Source of the DNA: Intoshia linei
Lineage: Eukaryota; Animalia; Orthonectida
Reading direction: 5' to 3'
DNA: 64,000 bases
Assembly: GCA_001642005.1 (NCBI GenBank)
Contig: LWCA01000046.1
Coordinates: 3,874-67,873 of the forward strand
Position numbers and translations under genes: made by a program
The notes under the pieces: generated by a model
What the model was told of the DNA's origin: nothing
Databases searched by the model: none
What the model saw: the letters and a program-made list of their open reading frames with translations, nothing else
Shown here: positions 39,401 through 54,200 of the stretch, one piece after another
How positions within the stretch are numbered: position 1 is the stretch's first letter
Layout: each line of letters starts with the position of its first letter

Positions 39401-42400
39401 AAAATTTAATTGAGGAGACCTGTGATTAAATCAAGCAAATTTGAGAACAGATCTATAAAAATTCCAATACCATGTAATTTAGACCGTTCAAAAGTTATCT
39501 ATTAAATTTTAAATTTTTGTGTGTAAATTGTACTATTTATCTATGGATACAATATCATTTTTTTGTTTAGGGGGTGTGAGCTTAAAAAAGGTTAGGTACA
39601 CTTGTTGTTGACAATTCATTTTTTAATGCAATTTTTTATTCAAGGTATTGGTCTATTTAAAAAATAGTTTGTAAAAACTGTACAAACACAATCTTCGATG
39701 AAATTGATATTTCCATTTAGCCATATATTGTCTGCCGTATTGCATTGATAACTAGCAATTTCTTTATTAGTTGATTGAAATATATAACCGGCGTTGCATT
39801 TTAAATTTGCAGTTAGGATTCCATTAGTTGGACCAACATATGTGACTTGAGCATTAATGATTTGATTTAGTCCATTCTTAGTACAGTGATCTGAATAATA
39901 AAGGAATATCTTTTAAAAATATTAATAATACCTAGTTCAATTGAATACGAATAATAACAAACTCCAGATTGATCTTCTTTGGTACCACTAACTTTAAATT
40001 GTCTCAATTTCCCTTTATCACTGGCTGAAACTGTTGCCTTGTCAGTTATTAATGTATACCCAACAGCATTGCTAATTGTATATTTAGAATCGTACGCATT
40101 TACGGTTCCGGTTGACTCAACTTTGATAACATATGATGCAGGGCATGTAAATAATACATTGGATATTACTAAATTAAATTTTAAACTAAACAAACAAGTA
40201 TGGATTTCATTGTACATTGTAATTATAGTTAATTTCTATTTGGAAAAAAATATAAATTTGTAATGTTGACCAGCCATTCTGAACCTTTTTCGGCATAGAC
40301 TAGAGCCGAAATCACCATACCCAAAGCTACATTGAATACTCAAAATATTATATTCATAAATGTAATTCTTTATTAAACTGCTCAATTTGGAAAAATGAGG
40401 ACACAAGAGGGGTCTAGATATAGAAGCTATCGTAACAACACTATAAAATTGAATGTTTATAAAATAAAGATAACTTGACAAACAATTTTTCTTTAGTTGC
40501 ATCTTGTACTTAATTATTACTAATCTGTACTAAATTTAAATTAACGCGTCTTCCTGAATGACTTGATTAGACACTTAAAAAATTATATCAATTTCAAAAA
40601 GACATATTATGAAATGTACATTTAAGAGTGACCTTAAATTGTTTATATCCACCTCAAGAGTGACGTGGCCACGTTGATATTGGCTGATCTAGAAATGTTG
40701 CTATGTAGAGTCTACATAAAAATGTATAACTGCATAATAATAATAATAATATGTATACTATACAACATACGTTCTCTACCCATTATAAATATGGACCCCT
40801 ACGATGGCATTGAAAAAACCTGTAAACCCCAAAAAATTATATAAATTACATTATCTACCTATGTAAAATTTAATGTTCGTGTGTTACCGTTAATTTAAAA
40901 AACGTTAATTTCTAAAACAGTTTTTCAAAGGTGATTTTCTGAAATTGATACCTTCAGGATCAAAAACCCAATTTCACCATTTTTTAAAAATAAAATTAAC
41001 GCTAAAATTAAAAAAACACATATTCTGGGACGCGTTTAAATTCATAAAAATTGTGGTAAATTTAAGCCTCAGAAAATTATTTTTTCGTATTCAAAGCTAC
41101 AAATTACTTAGTTCTTTTTAAAATGAAAAAAGTCCTAAAATTTTATAAAACATAAATTTTGTGATTATTTTTAAAATTATGAGCATTATCATAAATCGCA
41201 ATTCCAAAAAAGTGCAGTTTTACAATCTGTCCATGGTGAAACAAGTTTGGAAACCATTCCTTGATCCGAAATCCATGATGGAAAAAACTGTTTAATACAT
41301 GTATTTAAAATGACATTAAATTAAATAACAATTACTACAGGTATATAGTATTATTGTTTTTGATATCCACTTAAATTTAGTATTAATGGAAAATAAACAT
41401 TATATGAGATGCCGTTAATGGGAAATAATTACTATAATTATCGAAATATAATTTTTCACTTTTTTTTGTTTCTGTAAATAATATAACTATTAAATTTTTC
41501 TTGGATTCCAAAAAAATGTTGTGGATCCCAGGGGTCCACATGGACTCCGTTAAGAATGATTGCTATACATTATGCACAAAGTAAAGTGCATGGAGAACTA
41601 GAGTGCATCCATCTCCAGGCAAACCAGTTTGTGCAAAGTGGTACAATAGTTTGTATCAGAACACTGTAATTATAATGTAAAATATTACACTTTACTGAGG
41701 CTGTTATGGCACATGTTTTAGTATTTTGAGACGGATCGGTAGCTGTATAAATTATAGAAACACTTTTATCACGTTCCATGGTTGGATCGAAATATAATAT
41801 ATTGTTAGTTATCTTGACCATCCCCGAATTGTCCCTGGCCGTTATTACGAGATTTGGACTTGTTAATTGAGTAAATGATAAAACCTTTGGACAATTATCA
41901 AATGTAGGTTCAACTTTATCTAAAAATAATGTTAAAACGATATTTTATATTATTGAAATTGATCAGAATTTTTTATTTTTAATGAATTACCTAGACATGT
42001 AACTACAGCAGGGCTCCATTCTGCTTTACCAGAATTGTAAACACATTTTATTTCTGCTACAGAAGCAGTATAACCAGTTGAACATTTTACGCTTAAAATT
42101 GACGTTATTTTATACGATTTAGAATTTGCAAAAGAGTAAGTCAATTGGGGAACTAATGGTGGATCTGAGCAGCTAGGATCTATAATTTATAATTAAATTT
42201 ATTATAACTATTATTACTATTCTTATTTGTATAATTAATAAACATTACCAATGCATTGAATGGATTCATAATTCCAATATGCATGACTTCCACCAGTATC
42301 AAATTTACACTTTATAGTAGTGACAGTTTTACTTGGATCATGCGACAAGTGATAATTTGTTTTACATGTAATTGTTGCGGTAGAATCAAGATATGTACTT

Positions 42401-45400
42401 GTTGCAGCAACATTTGCATTTTCTATTGTTGGTGGAGTTCCACAATCATCAACTATAAATGTATATAATTTAAAATATATAACCAATCAAACCCGGGCAT
42501 TCAAGTGTTGTTCCATATAACAATTTATATGTATTGTCAATCGAATTGTATATGCAGGGTAATTCTGTTTTTAAACCGTTCTGAATACTTGTGCAGTCTT
42601 TAGAAACTATGTCACCATGATTTACAGTTTCTCCAAATGTTGGTGTCAAAATAGGAATATTTTTGGTTGGAGCTTTTGGTATTGTACATTTTTGAACTAG
42701 TAATCATAAGTAAAAATTTTATTATTGTATTATAAATATTAATATTATTGTATTTAACTTAATTATAATTAATTAATTTAGTTAATAAGTCAATTACTGG
42801 TACATGTGGGAGCAATAATTGTTTCTTCATTACTACATTTGTGTGAACTTGCCCCAGTCAACGAATATCCTATATTGCATCCAAAATAGACAGTTTCTCC
42901 TACATAAATATGCGTTTTTGATTTTATCGGAGATGCAATTATAAATGGTCTGTCTGTTCCGAGAGTCAGTGTCGGTAGAGAACATAATTTGTCTAATTTT
43001 ATTAATCATACAAGTTTTATAAATTATAATAAACAAGTACATTTATTCAACTGAATACGTTAAAAATAATAAAATTCATCTTAAATTTACTTATGCACGA
43101 ATGGTTTATTCTTGGAATGTCTCCCGGTTTTGTTCCGTCTTCATTTTTTCCTAATGGAATACCATTCAAATTTGCAGATGTGTACAAAACTTTGCTTATA
43201 GTTGTACAACTACAAGTATACGATCCCATTGTATTTGTACACTTTTCATCACAACCTCCTCCCTGTGTTAAACATTCGTCGATATCTTAAATATACAATT
43301 ATAAACATACAAAACATATTTAAATATAACATTAGACATATAATGATCATATTAATAATATCATTAATAAATAATAATTCATAAACATATAAAAATGAAA
43401 CGTGAGTGTATTTTTTCTAACATTTTATTTAGAAAAGTAATTCCTAGAATTAAAAGAAATGTACCCAGTATTTTCCAGTTCATTTACGGAAAGATTTATT
43501 TCATATAAAGTACTTTCCAATCTTTCGAACAATTCTTTTTACATTTTTGTATGATCAATGATCGTATTATCATTATTAATATGATTGTAATATTAGTAAT
43601 ATTATCATTGTAGTGTAATTAATTTACACTAAAATAAAAAATTTTGAGATGCAATGTAAAATAAAATTTGGGCTAATACATTTTGAAAACATAAATGAAT
43701 TAATTATATTTTTGGAATCTGTAAGTGTATTGTTCCAATTTGTAATTTAATTGTTGGAATGTGTAATCACATTATTGGAATTTGTAATTTAATTGTTGGA
43801 ATGCATTGTAAATTTTAATAATAATATTTGTAGAAATAAAATTAAAAATAGACTGAGGTGTTTTCATTAATAAACAAGATATTTATTTTTAAATGATTTA
43901 AAGATTCAATTTTAAACACACTTAAATGCATTCATAAAAAAACGAATCAAACAACCAATAAACAAAATACACGAATATTGAAATACCTTCACAAGTATTT
44001 TTATCTTTTTTTTTATAACCATCTTTGCAAGCACACTTAAATCCACCAATCATATTGATACATATTGAGTTTAGATCACAAGGTTTAACAGTTATGCATT
44101 CATCAATATCTATATTAAATACAATAAGTTATGTATTGTATGTACACTTCACAGTGGGAATTGCACATTATAAAGAATTTTAAAAAATATAGAAAATGTT
44201 ATTTTCACCAAATAATACCTTCACGGTAAAAAATTACTCTAATATTGATTTTTTTTATTTGGTAACTATTTTATTAAAAAATATTTAATATAATAGTTTT
44301 AGAATTTAAAAAAACAATATTCTGATTAAATAATTTACCTATACATTCAAAATCAGTCAATTGTTGATTTGATTGACACTCTACTGTTGTCTTTCCACTT
44401 TTTTCTATAAATCCAGGTAAACATGCAAAATCAACTTTTTCTTTATATTTCATAATATCCATATCGAGTTTTGTTTTAATAAAACTTGAATATTGATACA
44501 TTCGTAAGTTACACGAGATGGCTAATTATATAATTAATGAAGTAATAGTATAATAATAATTGAATTAATTAATCAACATGTGCGGTCATTCAAACTAATA
44601 AAAGTACCTAGCTTTAGAAAATTAACTTTATACTTTATATTGCGACCGAGATGATTTATTTGATATTTTTGAAATTATTTCACGCAATCTCCAATTCTAA
44701 CTGCGAATGCAAGATTAAAATAACACAAAACCACTTAATTCATGAAGCCACTAATCCAGAAAACCTGAAATTGTTCGAAATTGAACCGTTTCACGCAACA
44801 TCCGACTCTATGTGCAAATCCAATAACATAATATAACAATAACAATAGCATAATGAAATAACAAAACAATTAATTGATAAGGAAACTAATCCTAAAAACC
44901 TGAAAGTGCCCGAAATTGAAACACTTAAACCTCGTTCAACTTTGAATACAATCAAAAAATCCAATTTCAACAGTGAAACCAAAATGAAATATCAGGACGA
45001 CAATTAATTCGTAGAGAAAATATATTAAAAATAAAATCTTTTTTTTCATTTTAAATCAATACTTAATATTCTTTTCAATGGAGTGAATACGATATTACGA
45101 TAATATCACCTTATTATATTTCAAATATTTAACTACATATTACAATATTATAACCACTTAATTTAATTTGCTTTTAATGTGTTTAAACCGGATATTTTGG
45201 ATATTTTTTGTTAACCATTATGACCATTAAGGCACAGGCAAACTTACCATACTCGAGGAACCCAAAAATCAAAAATGGAATTTTAGTAAATTTTTAATAT
45301 AAAATTGTGATACAATATACAGTACATACATGTTTTTCTTAAGTATTTCTTAAGTGTTACTTAATAAATTAAGAATTACGTAAACAGGTTGGTAAATCTG

Positions 45401-48400
45401 GGTTCCATTTTGTATTTTCACCACATTGAACAATATTTATGGAATACGCATAAAATCCAGATTGACATTCAATTTTCCAAATAGAATTTGATTCGGTAGC
45501 TTTTCCATAAATAAGTTTAGGTATTCCATTTTTAACATTAATAATGGGACAATTGACAGCTATAAATAAAAATATTCGTATTACCACGATGAAAGATAAT
45601 TACATTTGCAAGTTGGAGCCAATGTCCAACTCCCATTTTCTTGGCAAACTGATTTCAATTCTTTAGATTTTGTAGTATCTAAAATTGTGCCAGCTACACA
45701 TAAATAAATAGCCAGTGATTCATAAGTAATTCCAGTTTTTGACACAAACACAGTATTAGTTCCTTTTGGTGGATCTCCACAAATTATTCCTATTAAATTA
45801 AATTAAATTTTAAATTAACACCCATAAACTTAACAACTACATTTATGTACGTTTCATTTCTGATTGATAAAAACTAATTAATATGCAATAGCAAACTCAA
45901 TGTATATAAAAATTATTCACAATAATGGAAAAATTACTATCACAGTTAGGTATAGGACAAACACTCCATCCATCCACTTTACACTCAGCTTCAACAGATT
46001 TTAAATGTTTATATTTCGTTTGAGTAAAGACATGTCCAACTTTGCAAGTAAAAACCGGTTTGTCGCCCCTTTTACGACTTTTTGGAATCATGATTGTATT
46101 TTCATTAATTTTTGGATCGAGACAATAAATAACATAATCAAAAATAAACCCTATACCCTGCTTTATAGAATTTGAAGTAAATTCAATCAAAAAATGTCCT
46201 GAATCTGATGTAAACATTAAATCAGTCAACCCGCTATCCTCGGTACTTTTATACACAATTGTTTCAACATTTAAATTTACAGATTTAATAATAAGAGAAT
46301 CATCGGAATAGACTTGGAATTTTTTTGATTCCTTGATCAATTTTAATGAAGCACCAAATGGAAATTCAATTGGCTTTATATTCCAAATACATTTATTTTG
46401 ATTGGGTGGATAATTAGTTATTCCATATCCTGGAGAGTTAATTTGTTTTTCATTTGAAATAGTTTCGTAACCACAACCTAATTTATACAATTTATAAGGT
46501 AAATTAATATACGTTTTGCAATGATTATATTTAATATCATATACTTATTTTAATTTTATATTCAACCTGTTTTGTATTCAATACTAAAAAGCATATCATT
46601 ATTTTCGTTTTGAATGACAATAGATATTATATTCGTAGTAGAAATGATGTATTCTTCATTTTTCCATGAATATATGTTTCTGTATTCAGCTAATATTGGA
46701 CCAGCTTTCTCCTCATAATTTGAATCATAAATTGATAGAACAGCACCATCTTTTAGATGTAAATTTACAATCTAAATTTTTAATATTTAACACTTTCAAA
46801 TAAACTTAATGAGTACCTTTAATGTTATTAATAGAGTCGATGAAATAACATAGACTTTGTTAAATGATGGATAGGTGTATAATGGATACAATGGGGTATC
46901 TAATGTTTTTACATTGGTTGTAGCAATTAACATTTCCGTTTTAGACAATTCCATATCATCAACTAAAATTAATTATAAAGTTGTGAAATGCTATTAAAAT
47001 AGAAGTGTTGAACTTAACAATGGGTAGAGTTTACATCTGCCTCTTTATGTAGGGACTATCAGTTTTTTTGTTATATATCAATAATTGCGTTTATAATTTT
47101 AAAAATATACAAAAAATAATGTAAACCAGCTGTATATTGAATCTTAAAATTCAATTTCGATGAATCTTCAATTTTCATGAATTTTATAATAATATTATTA
47201 TCCAAACTAACGAGAGTTGTTTCATCTACACTTAATATTCCAGAGTATACTGCAATTAATTTAGCATCCAATATACTTTTTCCAGCACTCCAAAATTGAA
47301 CAACGTCTACGTTTTTTACCGATTGAAAACTTTCAATCTAAAAATATATTGATTATAATTGATCTATATCAGTGTTGACCAGCTTAATTAACTCACGTGT
47401 CACATTCCACAAAATTTTGAATTGCGTTAACGACAATGTTAATTATATTGACATATCTCATGGTTCAACCAAAAATTAAAACGTTTTTCCACTTTCACAT
47501 GAATTGAATTAAAATTTAATCACTACACTAAATTTTACATTTTAAAATATAGAAATCGGATGAATAAGGATTATGCTCATTTCAGTTCATTGTTTGGATT
47601 TAATTTATTTATTTGAATGGCGGGCCACCATATTTCCAAAACGCATCTATATTAATTCTAAACTTGTGGAAAGCACCACAAATGACCTACTGCTGAAAAC
47701 GGATAGCCATCGTAGCATATAATGTACATAAAAATCCCTTAAAACTTCACTTTAAGTTGAAAACCTTTGTAAATTTATTGTTCAGTTTTGATGGTAAAGC
47801 AATGTAAGTAATTTGGGTCTTATATATTTTATAATTATAATTTACCTTTAATATTATTCTTGTACCAATCATAGTTGTAATTAACCAGCTAAAATGAGTA
47901 AACGATTCAGTGGTTACATCAAATATTACAACGCCTTTATCGTTTTCAATAACTTTTGAAAAATTATAGTCTAAGACAAATGAATATAATTTTTTATTAG
48001 TGTATGTTACCGCAATTTAATTCATCAAATCCGTCTGAACAATCTTTAGTCTTATCACATATGAAAGAATTATTAATACATTTTCCATCATTACAGAGAT
48101 AATAACCTAAATTACGTTGTATAAAAGTTGTACGTGTAAAAAAATCAACTACATGTATACATGTAGTTTGAATTAAACGAGGTACCTTTTAGGCATGTGG
48201 ATATTTTTTCGCAAATGTAATATTTTGCATTTAAACATGGATTAAATTTAAATGCAAACTGGTAAATATAGTCGGGATCACTTTTTGACACAGAAACACA
48301 ATCATTGACAGAATTTGAAGCAGTATCTGGTTCATTCGGGGCCCAAAACCCGTCGGATAATGATTCAATTACTGGACCATTGGACCATTTCATCCAATTT

Positions 48401-49810
48401 TTATTTTTCAAATTCAGTCGATTCATACCTTTTAAAATATATTATTAATTTAACATTAAGCATTACCGATCCAATATTCACTTGTTTGGATACTTGTACT
48501 TGTTGCAAAATTAAAAATTTTTTCGTTTTCTAATTCTCCCCATATCTTTACCAAATTAGCTCCTTCGCTATTAAAATATTATAAAATGGTATCTGCGAAA
48601 TTTTTTTATTTATGCACGGTAAACCTGAAAAAAAAGTGACAAGCACTGAATGGAGGAACTAAGATAAAAGGAATTTTTATATATGGACAATATTTTTTAT
48701 TTAAATCCTGAGTACTAGATAAACAATATATTTAATTATGAAGAAACATTTTTTCTTTCTAATACATTTTACATTTGTACATTTTATAATCAAATCTTAA
48801 ATTATAATTGCAATTTAATATATTAAATATATTACCTTTGGCATACATTTTCTGCACGAATCCAATTTGTCTTATGATTTGTGAATTTTAAACATTTATG
48901 CAAAATTAACGTCCATCCTAATTATTTATTTTACATTATTGAGTATTATTGTAATATGTTACCATATATTAAATGATAACAAATGTATTAAAATATATTA
49001 GTTATTAATAATAAATAATTATATATGGTATTATTATTATTATTATACATAAATTTATATACCGGGTTGGTATATAATGGTATATAATATATATTGTATA
49101 TTATGGTGTTCACCGTATCAAAATATTTAATAGTTTAGGTACATTGTACCTGGTACAATTACAACATTTGTTACAATAATAATGTCATTTTAATTTTTGA
49201 CTTATATAAAATGTAATGTGTTACTATATTTTTAAAAATAGAATTTAAAAAAACAAAATTTCTATTACAATTTTTCGCAGAGGATGTTGATATCTATGTT
49301 TTATTTTCCGAAATTGAGTCTTTAATGATCAAAAACACTATTTTCACTTTTTTTTAAAAATAAAATCAGCCTAAATATTTAATAAAACATAGATTCTGGG
49401 ACGCGTTTTAAAAATATTTTCGTAAATCTCAGGCTTATTAATGCATATCTTCATGGTCAAAACCCCAAATTAACCTTTGTTTTAAACATAAAATTGCAAG
49501 CTCTATTTGTCATACATGTGTAACACATGTAACACGTCTGGCATATAGCGATTCTAACCATCGCATGTAAACCTCAAATTATTAATGAGTTGAATAAGTG
49601 ATTATTCCCAAACTAAACAATTATTTACAGAACTAAAAAAGTTACCTTTCGGACATTCAAATTCAATGTTATCCTAAATAATTTATAAATTTATAAAAAT
49701 TAATATACACTTTATATTTTTAACATAAATTAAACGACAATTTAAACCTGACAAAAACCTTTGTACAATAATAAATTTAGAAAAAAAGGAAATATTATTA
49801 AAAATAGCAT
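24461..49810 (-). CDS. uif: Uninflatable-like giant type I membrane protein, paralog A: signal peptide, C-type lectin, LDLa, 3 CUB, CCPs, 2 EGF, CCPs, 2 HYR, CCP, GCC2/GCC3 repeats, EGF array, LamG/pentraxin, HYR, CCP, 24 GCC2/GCC3 (Ephrin_rec_like) repeats, 2 EGF, TM, 12-aa tail
   Basis: Exon 1 (49810-49748) reads MLFLIIFPFFLNLLLYKGFCQ and splices to DNIEFECPK|GWTLILHKCLKF. Domain order matches Drosophila Uif, including the distinctive EGF insert LYTSANLNGIPLGKNEDGTKPGDIPRINHSC. The last exon encodes IIIIIASVVSAILFLAIVFVVI then PKLYQMCSNETK*. Confidence 0.85.
26438..26527 (+). ncRNA. Candidate Sm-site small RNA of unassigned family
   Basis: 63-nt hairpin with G-U pairs and a cUUCGg loop, then AAUUUUUG, then a weak 3' hairpin. 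Confidence 0.25.
35364..36182. mobile_element. Tc1/mariner-like MITE remnant hosting a Helitron copy
   Basis: Inverted 17-bp core ACAAAAAAAGTGAAAGT near both ends; TA flanks; outer TIR bases diverged. Confidence 0.45.
35477..35905 (+). mobile_element. Helitron family copy, 3'-truncated
   Basis: A|TCCTTACTTATATAAT start; body matches the other copies. Confidence 0.72.
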
Positions 49811-51255
49811 ATTAACTTTTACAAAATAAGAAATGACTAAATTTATTTATATTCGTATTATAATCTTTATTTTCATCACAATACACACAATGTAATGCAA
49901 TATAATTCAACCTTACAATAGAAGCAAGAGAACAACGACGAACAATAGGATAATCTGATATAGCATAAACAAATAAAAAGTAATGGATTAATATATTTAT
50001 TTTAAATGTCAAAATCGTCAAATCATCATACTTTATTTTTAGATTTATTTTCTATAATACCTATTGTCCATAATAATTGCTCAATTAAATTAGGTTGTGT
50101 TTAATGCATTTACCATTTTCAATTGAAATATGAAAATCAACTTCTTGGATTATATACAACTGTAAACAATCATGCATAATGGAATTTACTTTCATTCAAT
50201 TTTTACTTAAATTTAATCTAAACTTTATATTCTAAAGTTATAATGTACAAATGCACAAATTAATGATTGTGATATCAAATTATTCTAAAATTAAGTTTGA
50301 AAATATACAGCCAATGTACAATAGTATTAATTAAAATTTAATTTTTATTATACAATATCTCCACTATGTTTATCTTCAATATTCATTATTAATATTCTTA
50401 CTCATTTTTTGGTATCTAAGATACCAAATTTATTAAACCATTACATTAAACTTTAATATAATAATTCTAATGTTAGTTATTTAAATTAAGAGAGCCGCAT
50501 GAGAAAAATCATTTTCACACCAGGGTAATAAACACTCTAGTGAACATGACCCTTAAATGTGGTTAAAAATAATAATATACTAAAAATTGAGCATTATATT
50601 GTAAAAAATTAACATTTAAAAAAATTTACTGTTAAAGTTAACTTAAATGGACTAATACAAGAGCAAACAAAAGGAAATATAAATGAAATATAATGAATCA
50701 ACAAAATTTAACATGCATTACTATTATATTATTAGTTACCAACTCGGTTTCAAGAACATTGATTAATGAAAAATAATTATTTAGTTTAATTAACGTGCTA
50801 CAAATGAATTTAAAAGCCAAGTTTTTTGTTTAAATTCTATAAATACAATGGAGAGGTGATTAAAACACATTACAATGATAACTGAAATTAGCCAAGAAAT
50901 CAATTATTTGTCTTTAGTACATTCATTTATTTTCTAAATTCCACAATGACAAGTACTTATTAACTGTTGTCCAATTATTACCATGTCAGTTGCTTCGTCG
51001 ACCACTAGTTTAATTGTTCTTTTTTATTAAGAAATGTTATGGACTAATGATTTACCGTACTAGTATATTCTTGCAGTGTAGTGTTAACAGCATATATAAT
51101 AATTAACGTAATAATTTCAATTTACATTTATTTGTTTTGGATTCCTTTATATTTCAATTTAACGTATCCAAAAATTTACAAGATTAATAATTTTGAATTA
51201 TATTATTTACATTGAATTTAAAACTTACCAAAAAGCGATCAGACGTTACTAAATA
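49811..51255. promoter_or_regulatory. 1.45-kb spacer between the divergent uif start codons; putative shared or bidirectional promoter
   Basis: Positional inference only; no specific motif identified. Confidence 0.4.
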
Positions 51256-54200
51256 ATGATTAGATTTAAATTAAAAATTCGTTTAATTTTATTTTTCATC
51301 ATTTTATCTCAATGTACCATAAAGGTTTTTTTTCATTAATTTTATTCAATTTATGTATTTTATGAAATTTTTATTTTATATTTTTTAGTAATTGAGTTAT
51401 ATTTTAATTTATTTAAAAATTTAGACAACGAATATTGTCGAATTTGAATGTCCAACAGGTTAATTTTTATACGAATTATAATAACATTTAAGGTTAGATT
51501 GACTGTTATGTACTTGGCATAAAAAGTAGCTGGCTCCAGAGAGGGTCGAATTTTCAATTTTAATGCCCATTTCTTTAATTAATTATAATCATTATATTTA
51601 TGAAAATGAGAGTTAAATCTTAAAAACAAACCAAACAGACATTATAACACAGATTAAATCTGACAAACACCTTTTATATTATTTCATTTTTCATATTATT
51701 GCACATTTTGAAGGTATGACACAAATATAAAAATTTAAATAGAGGAAGACTTTCGCCATGTAAACTTTACATTAAAATTAATTTAATCTTATAATGAAAG
51801 TGAAACAGGCACATTAAAATTCAGGCTACTGCAGTGAAGTAGTTAAATCAATTTTTTTATTACGCGTCGTACATTTTTGTATTAACTTACTAATCATATT
51901 GGCCCGCCATTTGCTGATGTATACCACGTTCAAAGTAATATATTTTAATAATTTTAGGTTGGACTTTAATAGATGATAAATGTGTGAAATATTTCAGCCA
52001 TTTAACGACCTGGGAATATGCTCTTAAAAGTTGTGATAGGTAATATATATTTTTATTTATTTTTTCGGTTACTTCATTTGTTATATTATTGTGGCAAAAG
52101 AAAAAAATTGGTTACTCAAAAACTTTTAAACGTCAAATTATCTGTATATTGATTGTTATTTATTCAAAAATATTTCATACCTTAATGATAATGAATTATT
52201 TACAACGTATAATAAACATTTTATATATGTAATACATACTATGTATATTAAAAATGCTTAAAATTTTAATAAATAAGTTTTTGTCTACGTATCTAAGGTT
52301 ACAAACATAAAAAAGTTTCAAAATGATTGATAAAAAATATACGAAATAATAATAATAATAACTATAAAATAAAAGAGTAATAAGTTATTTATACACTATA
52401 TTTTTATGATTTACACAGTTTTAATAAAGTTTACTCAGTATTATTTAATTTTACGGATTATACATACTTTTTACACATATTGTAATAAAATAATCAACAT
52501 TTCCACTTACTTTTACACTAGTTCCTAAATTTATTTGGATACAATACAAAATATATAATTGTATAATTAAATTTTTTTAATTTAATATTGACCTGCTTTT
52601 ATTGTATGTATGATAAAAATATTATTAATTAATTTTTGAATAATAAATAGATTAATTCGTATTTATATATGTACATGTATGTATGCATATATATAAATAT
52701 ATATCGATTAAAATTTAATTAAAAACATAAGGCTTAAATGTATTTTAAGATTTGAAACCATTTGCGCTGTTGGAATATACATATTATCTAATTTAAAATT
52801 ATAGTATGCAAAATATAAATTCTGTCTACGGTTTTGTAGAAAAATTTATGGATTAGAATTTTAAAAATAAATATGATTAACCAGTCTATCATGGTCAGAT
52901 ATAATTAATTAAACATAGAAATGAATATATTATTATAAATCAGTTAAAAAGAAATATATGCATAAATTTCGAAGATAAAATTGGTCCCTACAAACCCCAG
53001 TTAAGAATGAAATGCTGCAGAACCAAGAATATTTACATTTAATTATACAAAAATTTGAAAAATATTGGTTCATAATATATTAAAAGTTATTTTTGACTGA
53101 ATAAGTAGATTTTTGAGGTTAAATTTTTTAATTTTTAAGAATTAGAATAATCTATTTTTTTAAATTCAAAGACTATTAGTGATTGGTTTTTTTTTTAAAT
53201 AAATAGTTATCAGATAATAAGAATCAAATACTAAAGTACTTTGTTCTTTTCAACGTGAAGGCCTCAATGTGTGAAATTTAACTGAAGTGTATTTTGTGTA
53301 TTAAATTATAGATTTTAAATTACCTTATTTTAGTGAAGGAGCAAATTTAATTGAAATTTGGGGAAATAAACAAAATGACAAGATTTTCGATTATGCCAAA
53401 TCTCAGAATCCCACTGTGAATGAGTATTGGATAGGTAATTTATAAATAATAAATTAATACATTATAAATTGATGCTGTATTTGTTTTTTTCATATTTAAA
53501 AATGTGGTTTTTTATAAAGACCCACTTAAAATAAATAATGTGACCATTTTGAGACATGTGGTACACAATGATAGATTTAAAGGCAACTAATTTAAAATAA
53601 ATTTGGATACTTTCTACATAAAGGCTTACGTAAAATTATGTTTTCAAGCATTTTAAACGTTTATTCTGATGTACACACAGAACCGAACTTACGGTATGTA
53701 AACCCCTTCTCGAAGGATATTCTTGTAATTTTTCTAAAATTGTGCCTTGTTTTTCCAAGTTGAAAATTTAAAAAAAATATGGTATTTTTTAATAAAAAGA
53801 TGGATTCTTAACTACTAAGTATATAATGAGACTAAAATATGAAAATAATATGTTTATTTTTTAGGAATGAACAGAATTGGTTTACTTGATAAGACATGGA
53901 TAAAATGGTCAAAAGGTACTACGATAAAATCTCAGGATAGCGGATATTGGGCAAATAAACAACCAGATAACACTGCTAATTCTATTAAGGATTGCGTATC
54001 TGCTAAAACTCAACAAAAAGATTTTATATACCCTGTTGCCTACCTTTTTAACAAATGTTCCGATAAAAAGCACTACATTTGTCAAAAGAAATCTGTATGC
54101 CTAAAAAGTAAATTTTACAATATTTGATTGCAGTGTCAATAGTAAACTAGTTTGTAATTATTATAATTATCCATATATAAATTTAAATTTGTGAGTATTC

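Noticed and set aside
42833-43042. Apparent frameshift in uif-A
   Set aside because: The true exon (about 42992-42798) is in another frame, is open, and matches paralog B.
43725-43815. Short ~21-bp repeats here, and (GTTAAA)n at about 36490-36518, as a CRISPR array or telomere
   Set aside because: Degenerate intronic mini- and microsatellites without unique spacers, in a eukaryotic context.
49812-50021. ORF-track frame, or the nearby MLYQIILLFVVVLLLLL, as the first exon of uif-A
   Set aside because: The first has a TTG start and the second has the wrong splice phase; 49810-49748 gives an ATG, a signal peptide and a phase-0 donor.
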